From positions 135,842,001 to 135,906,000 of the forward strand of contig NC_043001.1 of assembly GCF_006345805.1 (NCBI RefSeq): a stretch of DNA of 64,000 nt. Reading direction: 5' to 3'. Positions 1 through 11,603 of the stretch are shown here, piece by piece. Every line of letters begins with the position of its first letter. The stretch's first letter is position 1. The notes under the pieces were generated by a model. It made no database searches, was not told the origin of the DNA, and saw only the letters and a list, made by a program, of their open reading frames with translations. A program made the position numbers and the translations under genes. This DNA is from Octopus sinensis (Eukaryota).

Positions 1-320
1 CTATAGCCCCGGGCCGACCAATGCCTTGTGAGTGGATTTGGTAGATGGAAACTAAAAGAAGCCTGTCGTATATATGTATAAATATATATGTGTGTGTGTG
101 TGTGTGTTTGTGTGTCTGTGTTTGTCCCCCTAGCATTGCTTGACAACCGATGCTGGTATGTTTACGTCCCCGTCACTTAGTGGTTCGGCAAAAAGAGACC
201 GATAGAATAAGTACTGGGCTTACAAAGAATAAGTCCCGGGGTCGACTTGCTCAACTAAAGACGGTGCTCCAGCATGGCAGCAGTCAAATGACTGAAACAA
301 GTAAAAGAGTAAAAGAGTAA
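1..320 (+). mobile_element. tRNA-derived SINE family A (cut by window edge)
   Basis: Family A body with internal (TA)n/(TG)n and a (GTAAAAGA)n tail. Confidence 0.85.
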
Positions 321-1190
321 GTGTGTGTGTGTGTGTTGTGACAAATGTGAAAATGAAAACAACAAAAACACATTGTTGACCTTGGTGGAATTTGAACTCA
401 GAACATAAAGATGGACAAAATGTTGCTTAGCATTTTGCCAGGCAAGCTAACATTTCTTATTTCTTTATTGCCCACAAGGAGCTAAACATAGAGGGGACAA
501 ACAAGGACAGACAAAGGGATTAAGTCGATTACATAGACCCCAATGCGTAACTGGTACTTATTTAATAAGGCAACGAGCTGGCAGAAACGTTAGCTAGGTA
601 GAAAATCTACCCAAGGATACTGTGTCTGTTTTGGCAGGGATTTTATGGCTGGATGCCCTTCCTAACACTAACCACTCCACATAATGGATTCAGTGCTTTT
701 TATGTGGCACTAGCACAGGCGAAGTTAGTTTTGGGAAGATTTTTACAATGTCAATATGACAACATTATCCAGTGAAATGACACCACATTGTTCTTTCAAC
801 TAACCCCAGTTCTATTCTCATTTTTTTTCCCTCTAGCCCCACTCCTGGTACCAGCAACAACAACACCCCACTTCCTACGCAACCGCTGAGCCTGGATGCG
901 CATTCATCCATCCATCGATGCTCTCGGTGTCGGGGGTTGACCTGCTTTCTCTTCTGCGGGTCTTACGAATAGCAAAGGACCACGTTTCAGACTTCTCCCA
1001 TCTTGCGGGCTCTGGGACGAAGACAGTTCGCTCAACAGCAACAGCAATGGCAACAACAACAACAACAGACCATTTCCTTTCCTTTCCTCATAGACAACAA
1101 GACCCTCTCAAAGGCTGAACTTTACATTCTTCTCGTGGAAATTAGCTTGACCAATCTTGAACTTTCTTATTCAGTGATTTTCACCAATCC

Positions 1191-1462
1191 ATAATAATAA
1201 TAATAATAATAATAATAATTGTGTACAGTGCTCAGGTGCACTACAACTCATCTAAAGTGTATATATAATCAGGTGTAGTTTCGGCGGATTTCGGGAAGCA
1301 TGAGGGCCTTAAAGGATGCAGTGCCATAGCAGTCAACAACTGACGCTGGCAGTTTATTCCATGCTTCAGCAACTCTGAGCGTGAAGAAATGTTTCCGAAA
1401 GTCATGGGAGCTGTGTTGTTTTCTGACTTCGTAGGCATGTCCACGTGTGTTAGACACATGGA
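1191..1462 (-). mobile_element. CR1-clade LINE 3' fragment (same family as 19187-20040)
   Basis: Near-identical 3' end (TRGHAY...NKLPASVVDC) and a (TAA)n tail. Confidence 0.85.
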
Positions 1463-1660
1463 GTCTCTACAAATTCCAGATTTGAATACCTAGCTTTTTT
1501 CTTGTCTTACCAATCTGGGATGTTGGATCAGTGAATGTCTGGCAAGTTCGCTGTCATCAATTCACCACAGGGAAATTACACCGGCATCAGTTCACATTGT
1601 TTCTTTTTCTTTTGCAATAAAATAGTCTTTAACTATTAAAGGTGGAATACTTATGGATAT

Positions 1661-2044
1661 GTGGAGGCGCAATGGCCCAGTGGTTAGGGCAGCGGATTTG
1701 CGGTCATAGGATCGCGGTTTCGATTCCCAGACCGAACGTTGTGAGTGTTTATTGAGCGAAAACACCTAAAGCTCCACGAGGCTCCAGCAGGGGATGGTGG
1801 TGATCCCTGCTGTACTCTTTCACCACAACTTTCTCTCACTCTTACTTCCTGTTTCTGTTGTACCTGTATTTCAAAGGGCCGGCCTTGTCACTCGCTGTGT
1901 CACGCTGAATATCCCCGAGAACTACGTTAAGGGTACACGTGTCTGTGGAGTGCTCAGCCACTTACACGTTAATTTCACGAGCAGGCTGTTCCGTTGATTC
2001 GGATTAACCGGAACCCTCGTCGTCGTAACCGATGGAATGCTTCC
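1661..2044 (+). mobile_element. tRNA-derived SINE family D (tail 1)
   Basis: A box TGGCCCAGTGG, B box GTTTCGATTCC; 12-bp TSD ACTTATGGATAT (1649-1660, 2045-2056). Confidence 0.9.
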
Positions 2045-2384
2045 ACTTATGGATATATTTTCTCGGTCAAGTTTCCTCACAGTAAACTTTTTTCTCGGTG
2101 AATTGATGGCAATGAACTTACCTGTAATCAAATTAGTGTATTGTTCCAAGACAAAAGGTTGTCATTGGTTACTTCACAGGTCCAACTGAACAAAGTTGAT
2201 TAGCTTGTTGGTAAAAAAAGGGGGTGGTTTGGCAGTAGCAGTAGCAACAACAGAATGGAAATGGAATTACAAGTGCTGAGAACTCAATGCTAGTATCTAA
2301 GAAAAAGGTTAAAAGGTAAGAAATTGAACTAAAACTGCTGACAATATGATATTTTCTCAAGCTCTCCCTTTCTCTCTCTATCAG

Positions 2385-2502
2385 TGGAACCGTTCTTGAT
2401 GAGAAAAAAGAGGTGATGACAATAGAGAAACCCGACATTCTAGTTCTTAAGAAGATCAAAAGCCACCAAGCTGATAATAAAATCTTTGCAGTTTCCTCCT
2501 AA
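2385..2502 (+). CDS. Candidate terminal coding exon of an unidentified plus-strand gene
   Basis: Pyrimidine tract plus CAG ending at 2384, open frame GTVLDEKKEVMTIEKPDILVLKKIKSHQADNKIFAVSS*, and AATAAA at 2561-2566. No homology recognised. Confidence 0.25.
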
Positions 2503-2649
2503 TTCCAACAAATTCCAAGAATGCATTGAAGAATTTCTTATTCCTCATAGAAACAACGAAAATAAAATAAATTCAGATTAACGCCAAAATAAACAGAAAT
2601 TGGAAAACAAATGGTTAAATACAGAAATATATATGTCTGTGTATGTATG

Positions 2650-2727
<78 letters not shown>

Positions 2728-2831
2728 TATATATATTATATTTAATCACCAAAAGTTATACACTGAATCATGGGCTGAGACTGCTGTGCATTGGCACTTA
2801 TCACAGTAGTTTCATGTGTGTGTGTGTGTAA

Positions 2832-2881
<50 letters not shown>

Positions 2882-3079
2882 TATATTGTCCTTCACACAG
2901 ATTCAGCTTGGATGAATAATATTGCAGTCTATTTACTAGCAGTGATTTTTTTTTTTTTAACTTTATTGCAATTTACACCAGAATGAATCCACAATTAAAT
3001 GTGTATGTATGCATGAAGAGATACAGATATACGAGTGTGAACATGTATATGCGTGTACATGTGCACATGTGTGTATGTG

Positions 3080-3120
<41 letters not shown>

Positions 3121-3244
3121 CACACACAAGCATACATATATATTTTATACACACACAGGTGTACATATATATATATATATATCATCATCATCATTTAATG
3201 TCCAACTTCCATGCTGGTATGGGTGATGTCTGTGTGTGTATGAT

Positions 3245-3280
<36 letters not shown>

Positions 3281-4733
3281 CATACACACATACATACAAG
3301 CATACATCTAATACATGCACACATACACACACACATTTGTGTGAGCATATATAAGCCAAAATTAATCCAAAAAAGGAAAAAAAAAAGTAAGATTTTGTGG
3401 CAAAGTTTTATTTATTTATTGGAATTCTATTATTTCCTCAGAATAATTCTTTAACCATTGTTCTCCTATTGAATATTCCAGCGACTAAATCTAGAGTAAT
3501 ACCAAAATATCCATGTGGAATCACAGACATTGTTCTTCAGAGACGAAAGAAATGAAGAAAGAAAATAAGAGTTTCTTCCTTTGTATTTATTTTTAAAGCA
3601 AAACCAAATCAAAGATAAATATGGTGATTAGAATTGCTTAACCCCAAGCCAGCCTTGGTTAAAGACATTCCAATCATGACCACCCCTTTGTTTTGCATAC
3701 TCAGTAAAGAGAAGCACAATAAAGATTTTACTAGCATCTTCTGTTACTGTTCTTCTCTCTCTTTTTCTCCCTTTTCCATTTTGATAGCAGTGTGGCATCA
3801 TTCAGACTTCTATGATGTGATGCTTTGTCTGCTATTTATGTCACCTGTGAGGTTTCATTGTTTGCACTATAGGGAAAAGTGTATGTATTGGAGTTCCATC
3901 ATAGATTGTTGTATTTATGGCTGGACACCGATGAGGTGTGATGCATGATTAATTACTTAATGGTCTACTTATGTAATCATTTCAGCATTTTGATGAAATG
4001 CAGGTGTGTCCTATAAAGCTTTGACTACCACACCTGTTTTCCTGCTTATTATTCCATTATATATAAGGTGGCAAGCTCGTACAAACATTAACTTGCTAGG
4101 CAAACTGCTTAGCGAAATTTTGTCTGTCTTTACATTCTGAGTTCAAATTCTGCCAAGGTTGACTTTGTCTTTTATCCTTTCGGGGTCTATAAATAAACAT
4201 CAGTTAAACACTGGGGGCTGATGTAACTGACTTACCCACTCCCACCAAATTTTTGGTCTTCTGCCAAAATTTGAAGCCACTATTTCTTCTGTGTGGTGAG
4301 AAGCTTGCTTCCCAACCACATACTTCCTAGTTCAATCTCACTGCATGGCACCTTGGACAGGTGTCTTCATGTCTTCTACTACAGCTTCAGGCTGACCAAA
4401 GCCTTGTGAGTGGATTTGGTAGACAGAAACTGTCGTGTGTGTATGTATACACACACATGTATGTATGTATATATTTGTGTGTCTGTGTTTGTCCCCCCCC
4501 CCACCATCACCTGACAGCCGATGTTGGTGTATTTACGTCCCCATAACTTAGTGGTCAGGCAAGAGACTTATAGAATAAGTACTAGGCTTACGAAGAATAA
4601 GTGTCCTGGAGTCAATTTGTTCGACAACAGGTTGTGCTCCAGCATGGCTTCAGTCAGATGGCCGAAACAAGTAAAAGAATATATATATATGAGCCTGGCT
4701 AGGCTTTAAAAGGGCGCATTTATTATTTTATAA

Positions 4734-4791
<58 letters not shown>

Positions 4792-4860
4792 TAGTGTACT
4801 GTTCTATGATCAACAAAAAAAGTACTCCATCTGGTGAGAGATAAATATTATTTAGTAAAT

Positions 4861-5044
4861 ACAATATATTTATGTGCTACTATTAGTTTCATGTGCTGAG
4901 AGCATGCCAAACAGTGTTTTTTCACACATCTGGTGTCTTAGCATGAACATCTGACACTGCTAGGACATCAGATGTACTGAAAAACACTGTTTGGCATGTC
5001 CTCAGCACATGAAACTAATAGTAACACATAAATACATATATTGT
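4861..5044. repeat. Long near-perfect palindrome (about 83-bp arms, 14-nt loop)
   Basis: 4861-4943 is the reverse complement of 4958-5044 with a few mismatches. Confidence 0.9.
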
Positions 5045-5444
5045 GGTTATCATATGTATGTATATCCAATGCATCCTGCTCTTTAAGACTTCAGAGTGAT
5101 CTGAGAGAGACTTAGCAATTATTTTTTATATGTTGAATGATCATTGGGGGTGAGTAATTCTGTTGGTTGACATAATTGTTTGGGGAGGTTGTGGGAATTG
5201 AGTATAGGCAAGAAGAAGAAGGGAGAAAGATGGGGAAGGAAAAAATGGGAAAGATATGTGAGAGAGAGAGAAACATAGCTAGGTGAGTGGGTCAATAAGG
5301 TAGTAGACAATCAGCTGAAAGCAGTGGGAACACTGTGAAGTTGACAAATGTTCTACATTACTAAGTAAAAAGTTAGGTTCCACATAAGTAATATATATGA
5401 GTTGAAGAACTTCAATCAACTGAAATGATTATCTGAGGCCATTG

Positions 5445-5860
5445 ACTGGCCTCCGTGCTGGTGGCACGTAACAAACACCATCCGATCGTGGCCGTGCCAG
5501 CCTTGCCTGGCCTCCGTGCCAGCCTTGCCTGGCCTCCGTGCCGGTGGCACGTAACAAACACCATCCGATCGTGGCCGTGCCAGCCTTGCCTGGCCTCCAT
5601 GCCGGTGGCACGTAAAAAACACCATCCGAGTGTGGCCATTCGCCAGCCTCGTCTGGCACCTGTGTCGGTGGCACATAAAAAGCACCCACTACACTCACGG
5701 AGTGGTTGGCGTTAGGAAGGGCATCCAGCTGTAGAAACATTGCCAGATCAGACTGGAGCCTGGAGCAGCCTCCTGGCTTCCCAGACCCCAGTTGAACCGT
5801 CCAACCCATGCTAGCATGGAAAATGGACGCTAAATGATGATGATGATGATGATGATGATA
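5445..5860 (+). mobile_element. SINE family C (internal GCCGGTGGCACG repeats, (GAT)n tail)
   Basis: GTGGTTGGCGTTAGGAAGGGCATCCAGC...CCAACCCATGCTAGCATGGAAA...(GAT)n. Other copies at about 25310-25492, 31170-31553, 41965-42293, 42990-43408, 45437-45619 and 49735-50005. Confidence 0.8.
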
Positions 5861-5874
5861 GGAAACAAACACTC

Positions 5875-6335
5875 CCTCTACTATACGTTGTAAGTTTTCC
5901 TCTGTTTTTTTTTTCCATGTCTTCCTTGGATTTATCTTCCACAAGTTCCTTCCGTTTGATTTTCTGGCACTTTTTTTAACCAGCTGTCATCCTCCATGCA
6001 CATCCCACATCTGTACCAGCACACTCTTCTTTCTTGCATGTTACATTTAATTTCTCTTATCCCCAGTCTTTCTCTCAATTTATGCTCTATCGTTCATGCA
6101 CTCCAACATTTTATACATCAAACGGAACACGTTCGCCTCATTTCTTTCCAGCTTTGTATATTCTATGTCATCAATGCTTATTAAAGAGCAGATTATATGA
6201 TGCTTGTGCACTTCAAACAGAATCATTATACAACTGGTCCTTCAATCAGAGAGAGAGAGAAACATTTTTGTTGCCAGCAGAAATAACGGCTTCCTAAACA
6301 TTTTCCATTCCGTTTTAACTCTAGCTACTAGGTTT
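5875..6335 (-). mobile_element. Decayed RTE-like LINE C-terminal fragment
   Basis: Minus-strand remnants ARVK..WK.FR, KLERNEA, LRERLGIREIKCNMQERR..W and GR..PRKTW, interrupted by stops and frameshifts. Confidence 0.55.
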
Positions 6336-6862
6336 TTAGAACAGCGACCTCTACTGCCAATTAGGTTACTTAGGCAACAGAAACTGGTGAATATTTTTAT
6401 TACTGTTAAGGAGCCTTTCCTACATTTGAAAGAATTTCCTGCTAGTTACAAGGTTGGACCATAAAGAAAAGCACTCAGTGGATATTGTAAAGTAGTTGGC
6501 ATGAGGAAGGGTATCTAACCACAGATTCCATCCCAAAATAGATTTTGTGGTGCATGACTACACCTTTCGTCTTGTTTGTCAGATCTTGTAGAACTGTTCA
6601 ACCTATGCCAGTGTGGACAGTGGATATAAAATGATGTTGATTCTATATATTTTTTGTGTTATGCTTAGAAGTGATGCACTTTACTAGAATTTTTTGACTT
6701 GGCTCCAGTAAAACAAGCAATTCCAAATGTTTGTTATAGTATCAATATTTGGTTTTACTTCATATATGTATATATATATATATTTCAACATGTGACCTCG
6801 TGAGCACCGCCAGCAATTTTTTTTCCTCTGTCTTCCCTTCTCGGGATCTTTCCTTCTCCTTT

Positions 6863-6897
6863 GTTTCCGACGAAGAGCTCCGCTTGAAACATTAAAC
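6863..6897 (+). ncRNA. Decayed minimal hammerhead-like motif in a PLE-derived repeat (about 6790-7000)
   Basis: GUUU-CCGACGA-AGAGCUCCGCUU-GAAACAUU-AAAC. The topology is right but the core is mutated. Confidence 0.3.
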
Positions 6898-6998
6898 CCT
6901 CCTTCCCTTCTTTCCTGAGTGTCCAATAATACTTTATTTGTTCCACGTCCTCGCGTTGCTGTGTTTTTTTTTGTTTTTTTGTGTTTTCTTGTTTGGAT

Positions 6999-7047
<49 letters not shown>

Positions 7048-7483
7048 TTAGAGAGAGAGAGAGAGAGAGAGATAATCAACTACATTATGTGACCAGATGT
7101 ACCAATGAATAAGATGTCATCCATTTTTACTTTCCCCATGAAATTTTATCCTTTTTCCCAAGTTACAGAGAAGACTTGAGCCAATGAAGAAACCTCTATG
7201 CAGTCACTTGACCACATTCCCCTCATACCACACTCCATTGTCTTAGACAAGCAGGGACACATTAGATAATAAAGCCCTACATACACCTTGAAATGATGGT
7301 ATGGTCATGGCTGGAATGTCTTTGACCAAACGTTTACTTCATAAAGACTGACATATGAACTAAACAACAACAACTGCAACAGCAGAATGAGCTGAAACAA
7401 CACAGAATAAAGCAATATTCCCAGGAACATGATAAACCCCTAACAGCAGCCTACATATGATACTTAGGGATCATATATAGAAT

Positions 7484-7714
7484 GGCGGCGAACTGGCAGA
7501 AACGTTAGCACGCCAGGCGAAATGCGAAGCCGTATTTCGTCTGCCATTACGTTCTGAGTTCAAATTCTGCTGAGGTCGACTTTGCCTTTCATCCTTTCGG
7601 GGTCGATAAATTAAGTACCAGTTACGCACTGGGGTCAATATAATCGACTAAATCCCTTTGTCTGTCCTTGTTTGTCCCCTCTGTGTTTAGCCCCTTGTGG
7701 GTAGTAAAGAAATA
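7484..7714 (+). mobile_element. tRNA-derived SINE family B (about 230 bp; Nin/Deu-like central domain)
   Basis: Head GGCGGCGA.CTGGCAGAAACGTTAGC, B box GAGTTCAAATTC, core CGACTTTGCCTTTCATCCTTTCGGGGTCGATAAATTAAGTACC; TSD ATATATAGAAT. Confidence 0.85.
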
Positions 7715-8024
7715 TATATAGAATAGTCCAGCATTTTACTTAGACATTATATATATATATTTTGTTGTATCTGGGGAGAGTCAGATATTTATTGCATGGT
7801 AAAGAAGTTTGGTTTTTTTCATCACATTGTTCCAGATACAATCCTGCCTTGCAGCATCTTTGGCAAGTGTCATTCACCACATTTTCAAATTGACCCAACA
7901 CTTGTAGTAAACAGAAACTGTAAAAGAAGCCTGTTAGAGTGGCTGAACAGTGTGTGTTGTGATTTCTCTATTCTTTTGGTTCCAGCTGAAAAAAAAAAAA
8001 AAAAAAAAAAGCTGGTGCTGTTAG

Positions 8025-8340
8025 TTATGACACGAGGAGGGTCCCATTTGATTCGATTAATAGAACAGTTGGGGCTCATGAAATTAACATACAAGTTGCT
8101 GAGCACTCCACAGACATGCGTACCCTTAATGTAGTTTTGGGGGGAGATTCAGCTTGATATAGAATGTGACAAGGCTAGCCCTTTGAAAGACAGGTACTAC
8201 TCGTCTTTACCAGCTGAGTAGACTGGAGCAATGTGAAATAAAGTGTCTTGCTCATGGACACAATGCACTACCAGGAATTGATCTCATGATCTTACGATCA
8301 TGAGCCAAATACCCAAACCACTCAACCACACACCTTTACA
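8025..8340 (-). mobile_element. SINE family E head with tail 1
   Basis: E-type CORE region joined to the aaagggc..ccttgtcac...gaaccctc tail seen in 1661-2044. Also at about 18360-18930 (+) and 22480-22740 (-). Confidence 0.7.
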
Positions 8341-9412
8341 ATTCCTGCTACCAATAACAGAGACCCTATGTAAAGGTCATGGACACAGGTCTTCTACTGA
8401 TTATCTATAAAAATTGAAATAGTTTCTTTTTTCTTTATCATGTTTTTTTTTATCATGTTCTTTTTTTCTTTATCATTTGTTATTTTGATTGTTTTGATTC
8501 TGAATTCATTTGACCTATTGGTTGACCTACAATAATTTGGAATGAAACCCTATGTGATGACACACTTTTCAGTTTTGTTTTGGCAAATCAAACATTTGAT
8601 CAAAACCCCATCAAAATCAGTGAACATGAACTTCAAACAATGAAAAATTTCCGTTCCACATATATATATAAATGTGATGTTTCCTCACATGAATCGACTT
8701 TTACACAAAAATAAAAGAAAAAGAAGGGAGAAAAAAAAAAGGAAAAAAGGGTACACACATACATATAAGCAACTGTGTATATATATTCAGCTAGCATATA
8801 TTAAGGTCTTCCGCTACTAGCCAATTAATATTAAATAGAAAGTGATTAGCTGCATTTTGGTTGGGTTAATGTGACATATACGTTTACTGATGGTATGAAA
8901 AACTAGTAACTGCAAAATGATAGTAATCCAACAATAAAAAAAAAAAAGAATGGAAGGACTTCAGTGAATTGGTTAATCTATTATTAGCAACAAAGGTCTC
9001 CTCTCTTCAAATGAAAGATGCCAGACAAATATCAATTATATTTTTCATTATATGGCATATGATGTAATCTATTATGTATGTAAACAGGATTAGTGATGTT
9101 TGTATTTTAGATGTATTTATGGTTTATGCTTGATTATGGATTATTTTCTTCATCTTCAATGTTCATTGACATGGGTGATAATACGATGTTTTGATCGACA
9201 CACTTTGATTAAACCAACAGACAAACAGAGAGAGAGAGAGAGAGAGAGATAAATATGTCTGTTTCTGAGCTGGTTAGGGATTGAAACTTGAACAGTTATT
9301 TAACTGGTGGACAATAAGTTGGTGGTCAGAACTGCAGACCTAACAGCCTGCAGATATAAAAGTTCCCTATTCAATTATTAGCTTTGTGCAGGAATATATG
9401 TTCATCATTATC

Positions 9413-9819
9413 TTTTAGATGACTGCCCAAACGGAGCCCATAGCGATAATAAGTATTTTAAAGAAACACTCATTATCGCCAAGGGCTCCGTGTGGGCAGT
9501 CATCTAAAAGTTTTTGTGCATCTTGATGCTCACATAAGTTCCTTGTTTTTCCTGATGAGAAGGCGGCATAATGCACCCCTTATTCCTTTGAAATTAGGAA
9601 TATGCAGCCTTCGAAACATATGTCGAAAATAAAGGAATTTTGTTAATTCGTCGTTCAACTCCATTCTTTCATTTAAAAAAACATACAAATTTCCACACGA
9701 TAGCACGTGATCTCTGCCCTAGGCATGTAGCTTCAACTGTGTTTTTCTGACGTGAATTTGCTACCCAGGTATCGGTTGACCGAATTATCCATAAGATAAT
9801 TCATTCAACTACTCAATTA
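9413..9819 (+). mobile_element. Penelope-like element remnant (fold-back end plus hammerhead)
   Basis: Inverted repeat of about 39 bp (9412-9450/9472-9510), then the hammerhead. Flanked by the direct repeat TTCATCATTATC at 9401-9412 and 9820-9831, a putative TSD but low-complexity. Confidence 0.55.
9537..9639 (+). ncRNA. Type I hammerhead ribozyme (Penelope-like-element type), canonical core
   Basis: CUGAUGA at 9552-9558. Stem II GAAGGC-G-GCAUA pairs with UAUGC-A-GCCUUC (9559-9570/9601-9612). GAAA at 9613-9616, palindromic stem III ACAUAUGU, and cleavage triplet GUC at 9622-9624. Stem I 9537-9551 pairs with 9625-9639 around a 2x2 internal loop. Confidence 0.85.
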
Positions 9820-10111
9820 TTCATCATTATCATTATCATTTTTATGCCTATTATTCCATGCTGGCATGGATTACATGGAACTTGTTGAATCAGACTTTCT
9901 ATGTTTAGATACTCTTCCTGCAACCAAGGAAATAAATTGTCTTGCCCAAGAACATAACACATAGCCCAGTCTAGGAATTGAACTCACAACCTCATGATTG
10001 TGAGCCTGACGCTCTAACAACGGAGTCATTCACCTTCACAATTACCAATATAAGTAAAAGACAGACTATATGATATCAAAAGGTAATAAAACATGGCCCC
10101 AGTAAATATCT

Positions 10112-10342
10112 GTTTCTTTATTACCCACAAGGAGCTACACACAGAGGGGACAAACAAGGACAGACAAATGAATTAAGTCGATTACATCGACCCAAGTGCG
10201 TAACTGGTACTTGATTTATCGACCCTGAAAGGATGAAAGGCAAAGCCGACCTTGGCGGAATTTGAACTCAGAACGTAACGGCAGACGAAATACGGCTACG
10301 CATTTTGCCCAGCGTGCTAACGTTTCTGCCAGCTTGCCGCCT
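10112..10342 (-). mobile_element. SINE family B
   Basis: Full-length copy. Confidence 0.85.
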
Positions 10343-10571
10343 TGTATATAGAAGACCTACAGTGGTTGAAGATACATCTGAGAGATGAACATTGCTTGGA
10401 CATGAAAACAATTTGGCAGAAGAGAATTAAGAAACCTGTGGGGTATCAAAGTCAAGCTTTTGTTTTGAGGAACATGGGTATGGATACACAACCTGAGACA
10501 ATGATGATAGGAAGTTAGATTAAATGAAATGGCATGAATTAGTAAGGAAAGGTACTCAGTCACAGAATGAC

Positions 10572-10798
10572 TTAACCCTTTAGCATTCAAACCGGCCATA
10601 TCCGACCAAAAGTATTCTGCTTGTTTTATGTTCAAAATGGCCAGATCTGGTCTCTCACACCACCCTACAATATCGTTTTAAAAATTAACAGCTACCTCAT
10701 CAAAATATCATAGCTACAAGATAATGCATGATTAGTTCAAAACAAAGTGGATGAAAAAGCATTAATTTTGGCAGAATAATGCAAACACTAAAGGGTAA
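10572..10798. mobile_element. piggyBac-like MITE copy
   Basis: TTAACCCTTTAGCATT...CTAAAGGGTAAA, with the same body as 36941-37168. Confidence 0.7.
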
Positions 10799-11568
10799 AC
10801 TCTTGTACTTATAGCAAGTAATATATTTCATCACAGTAGTTGCAAGTACAGTGAATTCACTGATGACATGGTACCCAGTCTAAGAATGATATAAATCTTG
10901 CACCAGGTGATATAGTTCATCAACATGGCTGCAAGTACAGTGAAATCTGTAATTCACTGATGAGGTGAACTAAGAATAAGGCTGAAATATGTCTGGAGTT
11001 GTTTCCCATTCTTGTTGGAAATGTGAAATAACATCAGTCATTGATTAATGTTGTAATATTGCTTTGATTTCTTTTCTTTTCTTCGTCACTGCATAATTAT
11101 TTTTAGATTCTTAATGTTTGCATTCATTAAATATTATCAACATCATCTATTAAGTTGATAGTTGAATGAAAATAACCTTAAAATGGTTTTTACCCACCGA
11201 GATAAAAACTACTTCAAATGCATGGAAAAATGAAGACTTGGGCATCCTTTCTAACACTAGAAAACTGGCTGTTACTAAACAATGACAAGTTTTATAACAA
11301 TGTTGATAACAATGATGATGATTAGTATATACGCTAAGAATAATTTCTGCTTTAGTCACTACAGAGACATCCGATAGATTGGTCAGCTAGCATGTAACCA
11401 GATACTAACTGGTGGAACAGGTTTTTTTTTCTTTTTCTTATTATTAATGATTTTTCAGTTTGGTCACTATCAGTATATTTATTGGTCAGCCAACAATTGG
11501 AAATAGTGGTCAGTATATTATGGCCTTAAATAGCTTTATTATTATTACTATTATCATTATTATTATTA

Positions 11569-11603
<35 letters not shown>

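Noticed and set aside
1661-1735. tRNA genes at SINE heads (families A, B, D, E)
   Set aside because: A and B boxes are present, but they continue into SINE bodies with tails and TSDs, and I could not support a complete cloverleaf.
2122-2185. Minus-strand AG...CAG|GTAAGT 64-nt exon candidate
   Set aside because: It has stops in all three frames and no SelJ similarity. The donor region resembles an inverted copy of about 1540-1570, suggesting a repeat end.
3437-3553. Short open frames on both strands with nearby AG and AATAAA
   Set aside because: The acceptors are weak, the peptides are unrecognisable, and such frames are expected by chance in AT-rich DNA.
10952-11000. CTGATGA...GAAATATGTC hammerhead-like string
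   Set aside because: Stems I and II pair poorly, and it lies in a local tandem duplication, so it is probably chance.
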